A stretch of 64,000 nt of DNA from Eledone cirrhosa (GCA_964016885.1 OZ024742.1:114142001-114206000), one strand, 5' to 3'. Shown: positions 1-13,410, counted from the first letter of the stretch. The notes: generated by a model not told the origin, from the letters alone. Made by a program: numbers and translations.

Positions 1-503
1 AATAAGTATAAATGTAAGAAGAGAATACATTTTTTCTCCGGTAGAAATTATTGTATTCAGAACAGATTTAATGTTGAAGAGTATGTGTTACGTCTACAAA
101 ATTCTATATAAATAGTTCAGTAATTTATTATTTAAAACATAACGGCTTCATTTAATTAACGTATAGACATATTCGTATCAATAAGAGAATACCTACGAGA
201 TCATATAACCGATTACAAGTTGTAGATATTTCGTCGTTTAAACATTTAAAATAAGAAATTGTCCTGTCACTTAAGACATCTTGATCACTGTTTAACACCA
301 TCTGTTCTGTAGGTTATATAATAGACATCACAAAATGTAGTTTCATTGAAAAAGCCTCATCCACACAATTTGAGAATCTTTCACGTTCGAAGTGTAAGAG
401 AATAAATGGAATTGGTATTTGCAGAGCAGCAGGTTGGACGTAATCATTTATGTATTGGAAGGGAAATGATTGTTTCTTCTTTTGGAACCAGGACTGCAAT
501 TAT

Positions 504-664
504 ACCAGTACATTACTGGTACTTTATTTTATCGACCCCGAAAGGATGAAAGGCAAAGATAACCTCGGCGGGATTTGAACTGAGAACGTAAAGGGTCATA
601 ACTCTATGCTACAAAGCATGGTGTCCCACTCTCTACCGATATTGGAAAGAATCCAATTCCCCCT
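504..664 (-). mobile_element. tRNA-derived SINE, copy 1
   Basis: Minus strand has a B-box-like GTTCAAATCC followed by the conserved body GCCTTTCATCCTTTCGGGGTCGATAAAATAAAGTACCAG, shared with five other copies in the window. Resembles octopus SINEs (from memory, not searched). Confidence 0.8.
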
Positions 665-1227
665 TAAGCATTTTGAACAATAAATACCTCAACCGGAATA
701 ACAGGTATACACACAAACACACACACATATGTATATACATACACACACACACACACACATATATATAAATATATATATATATCTATATATATATATATAT
801 ATATATACGTATAAGCTATAGGGTGTTGAGTGTATCGTGCTCAGAGTTTATTTTTGCCCCACCATGTATCATGGATAATTGTAAATGATGGTTCTACATA
901 AACAATTTGTATATACTAACATATGGACACCATGCATTAGAATATACCTGCTTATGGACAATTATGATTAATGCCTTATCAGGGAACCCATTAGACATGT
1001 CATGACAACAGACATTTAATTGTAAACTAAAGTTTTTCGAATAAGCGATGGTGATTATACGAATGCTATTTTGTGGATGTTTAAATAGGATTACGTAATA
1101 CAAATAACATATGGATGGTAATGATGGTAATGTAGGTGGTAAAGTTGTGGAAAATACTGACGGTTTGGGAATATTGTTAAAAGTTTCAAAATGAAGAGAA
1201 ATGGCGACTGACTGAAATAATAAAATT

Positions 1228-1265
<38 letters not shown>

Positions 1266-1767
1266 CGAGGTAACAAATAATAGTTAAATGCAGTCCACCT
1301 AGGTAAAGTCCAGTTATGGTATTCCAGGTAGTGGATGATATTAACGCTTGGCTTGGTTTGACTCAACAAGGGGTTTTCATAGTGATGCTGCGGGTATGCC
1401 GTAATTCCTATGTAAACACTTGGAGTAATAATAAATCAGGAAATAAGGTTGACATGGTTTGCTATACAAAAAAGGTTTAATCACATAGCTTACATTTGTT
1501 TCACTGAGCTGGCAGGTCTAGAGATCGCTATTCGCTTATTTTCGCGTTACTCGATCGCCAATACAAAATTATAAACTTATTCCATTCTCAGCTGCTGCCA
1601 TCATTTGATCCTAAATCCTAGTTTTTCTCAAATCACTACTACAATGTAACTTTACCTTCTTTTTGCCATAATTACAATTAGCACGCTTATCTCTTTGCAT
1701 GTATGTATATTTTTGTACTAGTGTATATTGATGTGTATGTATGTATCTATGTACACATACATGTGTA

Positions 1768-1860
<93 letters not shown>

Positions 1861-2178
1861 ATGTGTGTGCGTAAATATATGCGTATATTACTTCGTTAAT
1901 CTCTGTATTAACTCAACACCTATTTAGCTTTGACAATGTTGTCCCACTCATGTATACTATTGATGATGAAGAGAAAGACTGTAAACAGTAGCTTATCTTT
2001 AAAATTTAAAATTGATATACACTTCGATACTCTGTACATGCCATACGCTTTCTTTTGCCTCATGACAGCTAGTTTTCCACGCCGTAACGTTAAGTACATT
2101 ATATACCCCCCACCTAAGTAATGTCAGGGTCTCCTTAAATAATTTATTGATAGCATTGTTGTAATTGTTGTTATTGTT

Positions 2179-2292
2179 AATCCCGCCGAGGTTAACTTTG
2201 CCTTTCATCCTTACGGGGTCGATAAAATAAAGTACCAGTAATGTACTGGGTAATTTTCTGGCCTTGTGCCAATAGTAGAAACAGTTATTGTT
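2179..2292 (+). mobile_element. SINE copy 2 (5'-truncated)
   Basis: TCCCGCCGAGGTTAACTTTGCCTTTCATCC...GGCCTTGTGCCAATAGTAGAAA matches the SINE family body and tail. Confidence 0.8.
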
Positions 2293-2369
2293 CTAATTGA
2301 ATGCCATTACTACTTCATATAGTAGCCTGTATATTCTATTCTTTTCTTGCCTGTGTATTTTCTTCATTC

Positions 2370-2488
2370 TCGCATGCTCCGAAGATCTGACTGGTTATAA
2401 TTTTGTATTGGCGATCGAGTAACGCGAAAATAAGCGAATAGCGATCTCTAGACCTGCCAGCTCAGTGAAACAAATGTAAGCTATGTGA
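2370..2488 (+). ncRNA. Type I hammerhead ribozyme, long stem II, CCGAAGA core
   Basis: Stem I TCGCATGCT/AGCTATGTGA; core CCGAAGA 2379-2385; stem II base CTGACTGG/CCAGCTCAG around a long insert; GAAA 2467-2470; stem III AC-AAAT-GT; cleavage triplet GTA. Confidence 0.6.
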
Positions 2489-2532
2489 TTAAACCTTTTT
2501 TGTATAACAAACCATGTCAACCTTCTTTCCTG

Positions 2533-2588
<56 letters not shown>

Positions 2589-2679
2589 GTATATATATGT
2601 ATACATATATATATATATGTATATATATATATATGTATATATATATATGTATATATATGTATACATTTTTATGTGTATA

Positions 2680-2832
<153 letters not shown>

Positions 2833-2908
2833 ATGTACATATATATATATATATATAGAATAAGGAAAAGCGAAGTAGTTTCAGATGTTCAAGTCCTTTA
2901 ATAATAAT

Positions 2909-2982
2909 GATGTGATATATATTTCAGTGACGACACTGGCCACACTGTTCTGTCTGCGATTGTCGTGTCATCATCAGACAGC
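2909..2982 (-). ncRNA. Hammerhead ribozyme (family A)
   Basis: Minus strand: GCTGT CTGATGA [stem II ~45 nt] GAAA TATATA TC ACATC, with palindromic stem III ATATATAT. Confidence 0.7.
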
Positions 2983-3948
2983 TTGTTACAAAATAAGGTT
3001 ATGTTTCCGAGGCAATCCAAATTGGATCGAGATGGGAACGGATGAATTGCGTGTTTTGGGGTTTTTCATCCGATCCCTTGTGAGATGGAAAATCATATGG
3101 ATCATTTTGCATATATGTACTCTGTGTTTTTGCATTTATTCACTATTGGTTCTGTTCTTTTCTTTTGTGTACTTTATGTCTGTTTTTCTTTGATTTTGTT
3201 CCATGTGGTGGAAATTAGGACTGTGTACCAGATTCACTAATGCCCGGAGCCCTGTAGTTATAATGTACGGCACTGTCGTTCAATATGTGGATAGAGTAAC
3301 TGTGACACTAGAATCCCTCTCATAAGATATTACTTAAACATCTCTCTCCATATTATTTACTCACTTCAGTCTATATTTTTACTCACCTCAATCCGAATTA
3401 TCACCTGAAAATAATTTTTTTTATTCTTTTTTTATATTCTTTAATTTCTAATTGTTAATTTCTTAATTGTTTAATTTATCATTTCTGATATTTGATTTAG
3501 GATTTTAATTTTTATTCCCAACTCTCACTCTTAACTTCCAACGTAAAACCATGATACCTAGAATAAGTTTATTTTCCCTTATAAGGTGATGGTCAGTCGT
3601 ACCGTCAACGCTTAGTGAGGGGTAGTATTATGACCTGAAAAAACTAACCCTCTCCCATTCCCTCTGGCTCTCGGCTGACTGCCACAGCCGTGATGGGTAG
3701 CAGTAAAATATGGTACAGGCATTGGTGGGCCATTGTTTTGGCTGACAGGGTGAACTCACTAAGCAAATTTCGTTGAAATATGCGGTGGCTAATGGTCAAC
3801 TTCCTTTGGACATGCGCTTGCGCAGGCCGGTGGGGGTGAATTGGTACTCACAAGGGAGCGGATGAAAAACCCCAAAACACGCAATTCATCCGTTCCCATG
3901 ACGATCCAATTTGGATTGCCTCGGAAACATAACCTTAATATGTAACAA

Positions 3949-4022
3949 GCTGTCTGATGATGACACGACACTCGCACACAGAACAGTGTGGCCAGTGTCG
4001 TCAGTGAAATATAAATCACAGC
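3949..4022 (+). ncRNA. Hammerhead ribozyme (family A)
   Basis: GCTGT CTGATGA ...ACGACACT...AGTGTCGT... GAAA TATAAA TC ACAGC, with perfect 5-bp stem I GCTGT/ACAGC. Confidence 0.75.
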
Positions 4023-4418
4023 ATTATTATTAAAGGACTTGAACATATGAAACTACTTCGCTTTTCCTTATTCGATATTTACTCCGTCACTCCTATGTGG
4101 AAAAAGTACGTTGAGTGCTTGAATTGAATTGCATCAATATTTACCCTAATAATTTAGCTCCAATTAGTTCAGCGCTTTACGATGTAACCGATATGTTGGA
4201 GAAGAGAGGAACCAACCATAAGCTACCCCGGAAATTCCCTCTACCATGGGGATGGAAACCCCTTACATTGGACGGACATAATAGTAACTTTCGGCAGGGT
4301 AAATACGCGGAAACAAATAATAGGATAAACCCCTATTTTCCTGCACCAAATCGCACTTGAACATGCAATCTATACATGGACAGATGGACAATCATATGGA
4401 TCATTTTGCATATATGTA

Positions 4419-4509
4419 CTCTATTCTATTATGTTTCTTGCTATACTGTTCTATAATATTTCTTAGAAATATTATAGAACAGTATAGCAAGATGCATAAT
4501 AGAATGGAG
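4419..4509. repeat. Near-perfect palindrome at the 5' end of a Penelope element
   Basis: CTTGCTATACTGTTCTATAATATTTCT-T-AGAAATATTATAGAACAGTATAGCAAG, extending imperfectly to about 45 bp arms. Confidence 0.85.
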
Positions 4510-6665
4510 GCCCAGCAACTGGGAGAAAAATCTGCAAATGGCTTGCGTAAGCTCATGCAGCGCTCACGTAATGGAGAGTTAGCATGCTTTCTAACAGACA
4601 AGTCTGGCAGAATGTCGGTTGACAGCCTGCCAAACTACATCCAGGCAATGCAACCCCACATCACTAACACAAGAGAGGTAACACCACAGGAGCATGCGGA
4701 TAGAGAAAAAGCCCTCAATGCCCATATGGTGATGTGGACGAATATAATGCAGCCCAACAAAAGGACTGCCAACAACTTCCAGGCCTGAAACAATGACGTG
4801 CCGGCGTTGTATGGGCTTCGAAAAGATTATAAAACGGGCAGTGACCCTGTCACGGGTCCACCAACAAGGTCAGTCTGTGAGGCTAACATTGCTAGTAACT
4901 ACAGACTGTCCTACTTCCTCTCCCTGATCATACACCCCATCATTGAAAAGTCCCCAGATGTATGTGAGAGCACGGAGGACCTCCTCAGCAGAATCGGCGA
5001 GAGTAACCGATCTAGGGACCTAACAAACTGCATAATAGGTAGTATGGATGTTGTGTCCCTGTATTCATCTATTGACGTGGATTTTGCTGTGGAGAAATGC
5101 GTAGAAATGATCAGTGAGAGCAATGTTGAGTTCCGTGGGATTGATACCAGGGAGCTGGGACTCCTACTTAAACTTACCTATAGTAATAATTACCAAGACA
5201 CATATGACCTTAGCAACCTGTGCCCTACAAGACCAGCAAGAGGCAGATCACCTACCATTACCTCAATGGCCAAGAAAACCCACACAGATAGATGGAACGG
5301 GTGGACCAGAGCCATACCGACACCCGAAAACCACGATGAACTGAAGAAAATGATTGCACATGCGGTAGGGGCCAGCATAAAACTAACCCTTAAGGAACAT
5401 ATGTTCAAATTTAATGGAAAAACATATGCCCAAGAGGAAGGAGCAGCCATTGGTGTTAGCATTGCAGGCGACATAGCTAACTTATTCATGGTATGGTGGG
5501 ACAGTAGACTTAAACTTAAATTTAAAGAACAATTAGAAGACCCCTTAACCCTGATAATGTACTCCCGCTACGTTGACGATATAAAGATCGTAGTTAAGAC
5601 ATCCCCACTAGAGAACAGTCAGGAACTAGAGAAAAACACAATGAAAAGCATCCAGCAAATAGCTAACTCCATCCACCAGAGCATTATAGTTACTATAGAC
5701 TACCCAAGTAAACACACTAACCATCGACTACCTGTACTAGACACAGAGCTCTGGTTAGATACTATTAATAACAAAAAAAAATCCTCCATTCCCATTATGC
5801 CAAACCCTTAACTTCCATACATCTGATCCACCGAAACTCGGCTGTTTCGGACCATACCAAAATCAACATACTGATTGCGGATTTGGTACGGGTGATGAGA
5901 AACGTGTCCCGCATGTCCAACCCCGAAGACCTAGAGAGTCACATACAACACTTCATCCACCGTATGCAGTTCTCTGGTTACAACCAGAGAGATAGAATCA
6001 GAGTGTATTGAGGAGCCAGAAACAAATGGGAAAAAAATGGTAAATAATGACACAAATGGGACCTGCCCCTTGTATAGGAGCATATTTTGGAATATAATAG
6101 ACAGAACTAGGAATAAGACTAATAGAATAAACTCATGGTATGATAGCAATACATACCAGAGTGTAATGTTCATCGATACAAACCCTAGAGGTGAATTAGC
6201 TTACAAATTTAGAAGGGCCGTAGATAAACATAAACTCAATATTAAGATACTAGAAAGACCAGGTACCTCCGTAAAAACACTTATTAGCAAGACATACCCT
6301 TTCCAAAGACACCCCTGTATAGATAAGAAATGTATAACCTGTAAAATAAGCCCCCATATTAACTGTAAAACTAGAAATGTAGTGTGTAGCATAAGATGTA
6401 CTGAAGGACAATGTAGAGACAAAAATATAGTGTACATAGGTGAGACAGCTCGTAGTGTAGGGGAACGGATAAATGAACACTGACGAGACCTTTAAGATAG
6501 TAAAGAATCATCTGTACTCTACCAACATGCTAAACTAGAACATAAGGGTAAATTAGAGAACATAGAAATAAAAATAGAATCTACACACAGAAAAGATGCA
6601 ATGTTTAGACAAATCACAGAGGCAATAAACATAAAAGAATTACAACCAAAATTAAATAGAAAATA
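4460..6665 (+). pseudogene. Penelope-like RT + GIY-YIG endonuclease, broken by stops and frameshifts (element runs to about 7150)
   Basis: RT motifs MDVVSLYSSID, GAAIGVSIAGDIANLFM, YSRYVDD and LPVLD (ORF 4798-5811). GIY-YIG-like NVVCSIRC...IVYIGETARSVGERINEH (ORF 6037-6483). Confidence 0.9.
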
Positions 6666-6900
6666 TGAGTGGAACAGCAACATCACAACATACAATTAAG
6701 GAGAAACTGAAAACACACACACAAATAGAACAAACAACCAACCGGTAACATGTAAATAAACTAATAAATAAACAAATATAAACACACACAGACACCCGGA
6801 TGTGGCGCATGCGCAGACTGAGCGCACAACACACACACAGAAACAAAATTGCATAGGACAGAACAAAGGAGAGGCACAAAAACAAAGAAAAGAATCCCCA

Positions 6901-6943
6901 GTCACTGAAGAGGTCACATAATGTGTGACGAAAGAACTTTGAC
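6901..6943 (+). ncRNA. Minimal hammerhead in Penelope 3' pLTR
   Basis: GTCA CTGAAGA G GTCACAT-AAT-GTGTGAC GAAA GAAC TT TGAC, about 240 bp after the PLE ORF and on the same strand. Confidence 0.75.
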
Positions 6944-7149
6944 AATATATAAACAACTATCTGGTTGTGGAACCAACCAACCAACCAGAAATTTATAAAT
7001 TAGTAAATTTATAAATGTATTATAATAAATTGGAATGAAAGCAACTGGTGCGTGTGTTTCTTATTAGCAACATGACCCTCCCAAAGTATAACAATATCGG
7101 TTTCAACACACGATTTCAGATAAAGAATCTTGCTAAACAAATTCAGTAA

Positions 7150-7194
<45 letters not shown>

Positions 7195-7305
7195 TTGAAA
7201 AAAATGGAAACGAAATTTCATTTCTCACTCTTAGTATGGCACTTACTTAAATGTAAGTATGTATGTATACGTACATACATATATGTATACAGACGTACAG
7301 TAGCA

Positions 7306-7382
<77 letters not shown>

Positions 7383-7544
7383 GCATACAGGTACACATAC
7401 ATATATGCAGGCATCAGTTTAGTCGACGTTTATTATAACGCCGGCCGCTTTGTTCGTTTGTTTGTCAACAAAGCGAACAGCCTGAATGTATGCCATACGG
7501 TGTTAAGGCAACCACGTCAGCTTTTTGTTCAACACTGACACAGG

Positions 7545-7589
7545 AACGATGTACTAGTTTCAAGCTTGTTAGCTATCATCAGCACCGTT
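7545..7589 (-). ncRNA. Hammerhead ribozyme, array unit 1
   Basis: Minus strand: AACGGTG CTGATGA T AGC-TAACAA-GCT T GAAA CTAG TA CATCGTT; 7-bp stem I, palindromic stem III ACTAGT, triplet GTA. Confidence 0.85.
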
Positions 7590-7823
7590 TACCCATCTGC
7601 CAGATAGTTGAACATTCGAAAGTATATACTTTCCTCATGAAAATTAACGGCTGAGCAGCCTAATTGGCATGTTGAGTGAGTTAAATCGGTCAGGCATACC
7701 GAAAACGATAAGTTGAAAAAAATGAAAACGAAATTTCATTTCTCACTCTTAGTATGGCACTTACTTAAATGTAAGTATGTATGTATACGTAGATACATAT
7801 ATGTATACAGACGTACAGTAGCA

Positions 7824-7954
<131 letters not shown>

Positions 7955-8116
7955 GCATACAGGTACACATACATATATGCAGGCATCAGTTTAGTCGACG
8001 TTTATTATAACGCCGGCCGTTTTGTTCGTTTGTTTGTCAATAAAGCGAACAGCCTGAATTTATGCCATACGGTGTTAAGGCAACCACGTCACCTTTTTGT
8101 TCAACACTGACACAGG

Positions 8117-8161
8117 AACGATGTACTAGTTTCAAGTTTGTTAGCTATCATCAGCACCGTT
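8117..8161 (-). ncRNA. Hammerhead ribozyme, array unit 2
   Basis: Same motif with one substitution weakening stem II. Confidence 0.8.
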
Positions 8162-8398
8162 TACCCATCTGCCAGATAGTTGAACGTTCGAAAGTATATA
8201 CTTTCCTTATGAAAATTAACGGCTGAGCAGCCTAATTTGCATATTGAGTGAGTTAAATCGGTCAGGCATACCGAAAACGATAAGTTGATAAAAATGAAAA
8301 CGAAATTTCATTTCTCACTCTTAGTATGGCACTTACTTAAATGTAAGTATGTATGTATACGTACATACATATATGTATACAGACGTACAGTAGCATGC

Positions 8399-8473
<75 letters not shown>

Positions 8474-8636
8474 TGCATACAGGTACACATACATATATGC
8501 ACGCATCAGTTTAGTCGACGTTTATTATAACGCCGGCCGCTTTGTTCGTTTGTTTGTCAACAAAGCGAACAGCCTGAATTTATGCCATACGGTGTCAAGG
8601 CAACCACGTCACCTTTTTGTTCAACACTGACACAGG

Positions 8637-8681
8637 AACGATGTACTAGTTTCAAGTTTGTTAGCTATCATCAGCACCGTT
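8637..8681 (-). ncRNA. Hammerhead ribozyme, array unit 3
   Basis: Same motif as unit 2. Confidence 0.8.
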
Positions 8682-9110
8682 TACCCATCTGCCAGATAGT
8701 TGAACGTTCGAAAGTATATACTTTCCTTATGAAAATTAACGGCTGAGCAGCCTAATTTGCATATTGAGTGAGTTAAATCGGTCAGGCATACCGAAAACGA
8801 TAAGTTGAAAAAAATGAAAACGAAATTTCATTTCTCACTCTTAGTATGGCACTTACTTAAATGTAAGTATGTATGTATACGTACATACATATATGTATAC
8901 AGACGTACAGTAGCATGCATATATATATATATATATATATACACACATGCATACAGGTACACATACATATATGCACGCATCAGTTTAGTCGACGTTTATT
9001 ATAACGCGGGCCGCTTTGTTCGTTTGTTTGTCAACAAAGCGAACAGCCTGAATTTATGCCATACGGTGTTAAGGCAACCACGTCACCTTTTTTTTCAACA
9101 CTGACACAGG

Positions 9111-9155
9111 AACGATGTACTAGTTTCAAGCTTGTTAGCTATCATCAGCACCGTT
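9111..9155 (-). ncRNA. Hammerhead ribozyme, array unit 4
   Basis: Same motif as unit 1. Confidence 0.85.
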
Positions 9156-9179
9156 TACCCATCTGCCAGATAGTTTACT

Positions 9180-12100
9180 TTTTTTGTTAACTGTCACCAG
9201 CAAGCAGATCGACGGCAATCGTACACTTCAGACACTAAACTGGATCTCTTGATTGACCTCCAAGACATGCTTCACTATAACAATGGCTACATTCAAAGTT
9301 TCAAGTATAACTTAGAAGAAGCACCTTCGTCAAATTACGATGTGATCATTTACACTGATGAGAGACCATCTGGGAGCATGCGGGCCGGTATAGTGCACCT
9401 ACTTGTAATGAGGTAGCCATCTTTATTAGTGGAGAGCAGCACAAGAAGAGATATATTATAATCAAGCGACGAGACAACAACCTTAACAGAATAAGTGAAA
9501 CCTATCGATCTTACGACGCACTCCAGTATCCGCTATTATTTGTTTATGGCGAGGATGGATACCATTTCGGAATTCATCAAATTAATTCCACAAACCAAGA
9601 TGAGCATACCACGAACATTTTCACGTGCATGGATGTTTACGCCTTCCGATTCATGATCCGCGACAACTGCTTCAACCAGCTGCACCTATCACAATACCTC
9701 TTCAATTAATTTGCAGTTGACAAGTTCGCAAAAGTGGTGTCCGAGAGATTATGCTTCATTCGACTTAATCAGAAACAACTTCGCTGTGGCAACTTCGTGA
9801 TGGAATGAACAATGATGCAGATCATGATAGTATTGGACTGTTGTGCATTCTGCCTTCATCTTTCACAGGAAGTCCTCGGTTCTTTTTCGAAAAAATTCAA
9901 GATGCTTTAACTATTGTGCGCCTTTTCGGTAAACCAGATTTGTTTATTTCGTTCACTTCAAACCCCAAATGGGAACAGATTCAGAAAGACCACTTCCCAG
10001 GTCAAAATGCCAGTCAGGCAGGATCTTATTGCCAGAGTTTTCCATCTTAAGTTAATTAAGCTCATGGAACTTATCAAAACAGGTGAAATATTTGGCACAG
10101 TACAATGTGACATGCATACAATTGAGTTGCAAAAACGATGCTTGCCACATGCCCACATTCTGATGTGGTTAAAGACAAAACTTAGATCAGATGAAATTGA
10201 CAATGTCGTTTCTGCTGAGTTTCCGTATCCTGCAATCGACAAGGACATTTATCAAAATGGTAAAGCACGCATGGTGCATGGCCCATGTGGACATGGATTT
10301 CACAACAACCTATCGTGTGTTAAGGACAAGTCTAGGTGCTCAAAGAAATTTCTCCCCCGACAGTTCCTTAAGGACACTCAGACTGGTCATGACGGATACC
10401 CACTATATCGCCGGAGAAGACCCGAAGATGGTGGATTCACAGCAAGGGTTGGCAATCATGAAGTTGACAACAGATGCGTTGTTCCATATAATCCACTACT
10501 TATAAAGATTCGTGATGCACACATCAACGTAGAATACTGTAATGCGATTAAATCTATGAAATACATTTGTAAGTACATTAATAAAGGCTTTGATGCAGCT
10601 ACGTTTGGATTACTTCGGGAAAACAGCCGAGATGAAGTGGCGCAGTACCAAACTGGAAGATACATTAGCTCTAATGAAGCATTCTGGCGGATTTTCGGAT
10701 TTGTTATACATCAACGGTATCCTGCTGATCAAAAACTCCAAGTGCACCTGGAGAATGGTCAGAGAGTATATTTTACGAATGCGTCAGCTTCTCAGTTAGC
10801 ACAAGAACCAAAGGATACTACTCTTACCACTTTCTTTAAATTATGTCAAGAAGATCCATGTGCTAAAACCTTACTATATCCACAAGTCCCATCTTACTAT
10901 ACCTGGGACAAAAATGCATGGAAGCGAGGAAAAACAGGACAGTGTGTCGAAGGTTATACCGGCATCAAGTTCAACGAATGTTGGGGCAGAGTTTATACTG
11001 TGCCCCCAAACCAACACGATTGCTTCCATCTTCGCACGCTACTACATGAGATCAGAGGTACTACCTGCTTTGGTGATCTCCGAACGTTAGACGAACAAGT
11101 TCTTCCAACACAAAGGCATGTTTGAGGCGTGGATTGCTGGAAGATGGTTCGCAGAGGGATGCAACGATGGCGGAACTTGCTCTTTCACCTTCACCTGCCA
11201 GCCTAAGAAATTTATTTGCGGTACATTTGCACTCGTGCAACTTATCTGACCCTCTTTCCTTGTGGATGAAATATAGGGCTGAACTAACCGACGACTACAG
11301 ACACCAAGCACAATTCTGTTTCCAGAAATATAGGTCGGCTTTAGTAATTAATTATACAACAGAGCTCTCAGTGATATTGAGGACAAGTTAGCTCTGATTG
11401 GAGGAAAGGTTTTACGTGACTACGGTTTACCAGAAACTCATCGCACGGACTCAAACAAACGTCCCACATATATCATACAGAATACTTCTTATGACATCCA
11501 TGATATTGGCCTCTACGTCAGAGATAATGAGCCAACACTTCTAGCTGATCATCGACTGGCTTATACCATCATTACTGAAACGGTATTTCAAAGGAGAGGT
11601 GGCTTATTTTTCCTCGATACTCCAGCGGGGACAGGAAAAATCTTCATTACTAAACTGCTTGCAAAGGTTAGACAGAATAAGGACATAGGAATAGCAGTTG
11701 CGTCCTCTGGAATCGCAGCAACTTTCCTCCCTGGTGGAAGGACGGCACATTCTGTGTTTAAATTGCCCCTTGATTTGGCAAAATTGGAAACTCCTACTTA
11801 TCATATCACCAAATACTCCGAAAGGGCTCATCTGCTGCGAAGGTCTCACGTTATTGTTTGGGATGAGTGCACAATGGCGCACAAATGTGCTCTTGAGGCC
11901 CTAGACATGTCTTTGCAAGACATACAGGATTGCAGTGATGTTATGGGGGTGTCAGCCTTCTGCTCTCAGGAGACTTCAGGCAGACTCATCCTATAATACC
12001 AAAAGGACAAGAGCAGATGCGGTAAATGCATGTCTTAATCTTCACCATTGTGGCGACAAGTGACATCATTAAGACTAACTACTAACATGCGTTCAAGGTT

Positions 12101-13377
12101 GCATGGGAACCCTCTTTCATCAACATTTTCTGGAGACATTCTTACAATAGGACATCGTAACCTACCTCTGGATAGAGATGGACACATAGCAATTGATCAC
12201 ATCTTCAATGTAGTTGAAACTGTCGATGATCTCAAGGCAAGTGTATTCCCGAACTTGCGTTATAACTATACGAATCTTGATTGGCTATGCGAAAGAGACA
12301 TTCTTGCTCCCAAAAATATCACGGTTAGCTGTATTAACGATCAGCTTCATCAGCTTCTTCCTGGATGTCCACGGATATATAAATATATTGATACTGTATG
12401 TGATCCATAGGATGCGGTCAATTATACAGTTGATTTTCTAAATTCTTTAAATCCTCCTGGTTTAACTCCTAATACATTGGTTCTGAAAGAGGGAACACCA
12501 GTTATTTTGCTGAGAAATATCACTCCTTCAAAACTATGCAATGGTACACGCTTTGTGGTTAAAAACTGTCTCCACTTAGTATTGACGCTGCCATTCTATC
12601 CGGATGTGGAAAAGGCGAGGATGTGATAATAACAAAAATAAGACTGACTACATCAGGCGTGGATACTCCCTTGTCCTTTCGCCAAACCAAATTTCCCCCA
12701 TCGTGTTGCCTTTGCGATGTCCATAAACAAGTCGCAAGATCAAACTCTGTCTGTCGCTGAAATTCACTTGGATGAACCTTGCTTTTCGCACGGACAATTC
12801 TACGTTTCCTGATCACGAGTTGGCAGTCGAGATAATCTCTTTGCGTTTCTTCCGAAAAGTAAAACAAAGAATATCGTCTATCCTGAAGTGCTTTCGTGTA
12901 AACAAAAACACTTATTACAGCTCTGCCTTGGCTTCACCCTACTCATTACAAAACATACTAATGAATATGTCATGCCGGATATTTTGGATTATAAGTTCAA
13001 AATGTAACCATACACAGCAAAGGATGCTCTGAAAGAATAGATTTTCTCTTATTCTACTCTCATTGTCTTTTGTGTGAATACAACTCTGCTTTCATTACAA
13101 CTGTTTGTACTTTAGCAAAACTGCCTGTTTTTTTTACAGATTTGCAAAGTGTATTGTCTTTAATCATTTGTATAACTACATCCTGTTCAGTGTTTTCCTT
13201 CTTTATCAGCATAGTTTTATGTGTACAAAGATTGCACTAAATATTCGTTTGCATTATTTATTGAAGACTTCTGCTTATTTTTACAGGTTGGGGACAAATA
13301 ATGTTCTTCTCATACTTCTTAGGTGTATAGTCTTAGCAAACATTTAAACTCCGGACAACGCCGGGTAAATCTGGTAG
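9180..13377 (+). mobile_element. Helitron (5'-truncated) with RepHel pseudogene at about 9180-12900
   Basis: Rep motifs GKPDLFISFTSNPKW, IELQKRCLPHAHIL and KYICKYINKG. PIF1 helicase Walker A (FFLDTPAGTGK near 11605) and IVWDECTM. Many frameshifts and stops. Confidence 0.92.

Positions 13378-13378
<1 letters not shown>
13351..13378 (+). other. Helitron 3' terminal hairpin and CTRR-like end
   Basis: CCGGACAACGCCGGG followed by TAAATCTGGTAGT. Confidence 0.7.

Positions 13379-13410
<32 letters not shown>

Larger units (their letters stand above)
1266..2534. mobile_element. PLE-derived non-autonomous element with inverted arms 1433-1574 / 2395-2534
   Basis: About 140 bp near-identical inverted repeat, with outer ends at (TA)n. 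The right arm overlaps a hammerhead, and the left arm holds only its 3' half. Confidence 0.6.
2857..4150. mobile_element. Retrozyme-like / PLE pLTR family A, inverted arms 2857-3080 / 3853-4073 plus tail 4074-4150
   Basis: About 220 bp inverted repeat with an HHR in each arm. Segment 3515-4150 recurs at 27005-27721. Confidence 0.7.

Noticed and set aside
504-664. tRNA gene
   Set aside because: Only a B-box-like head without a cloverleaf; part of a SINE.
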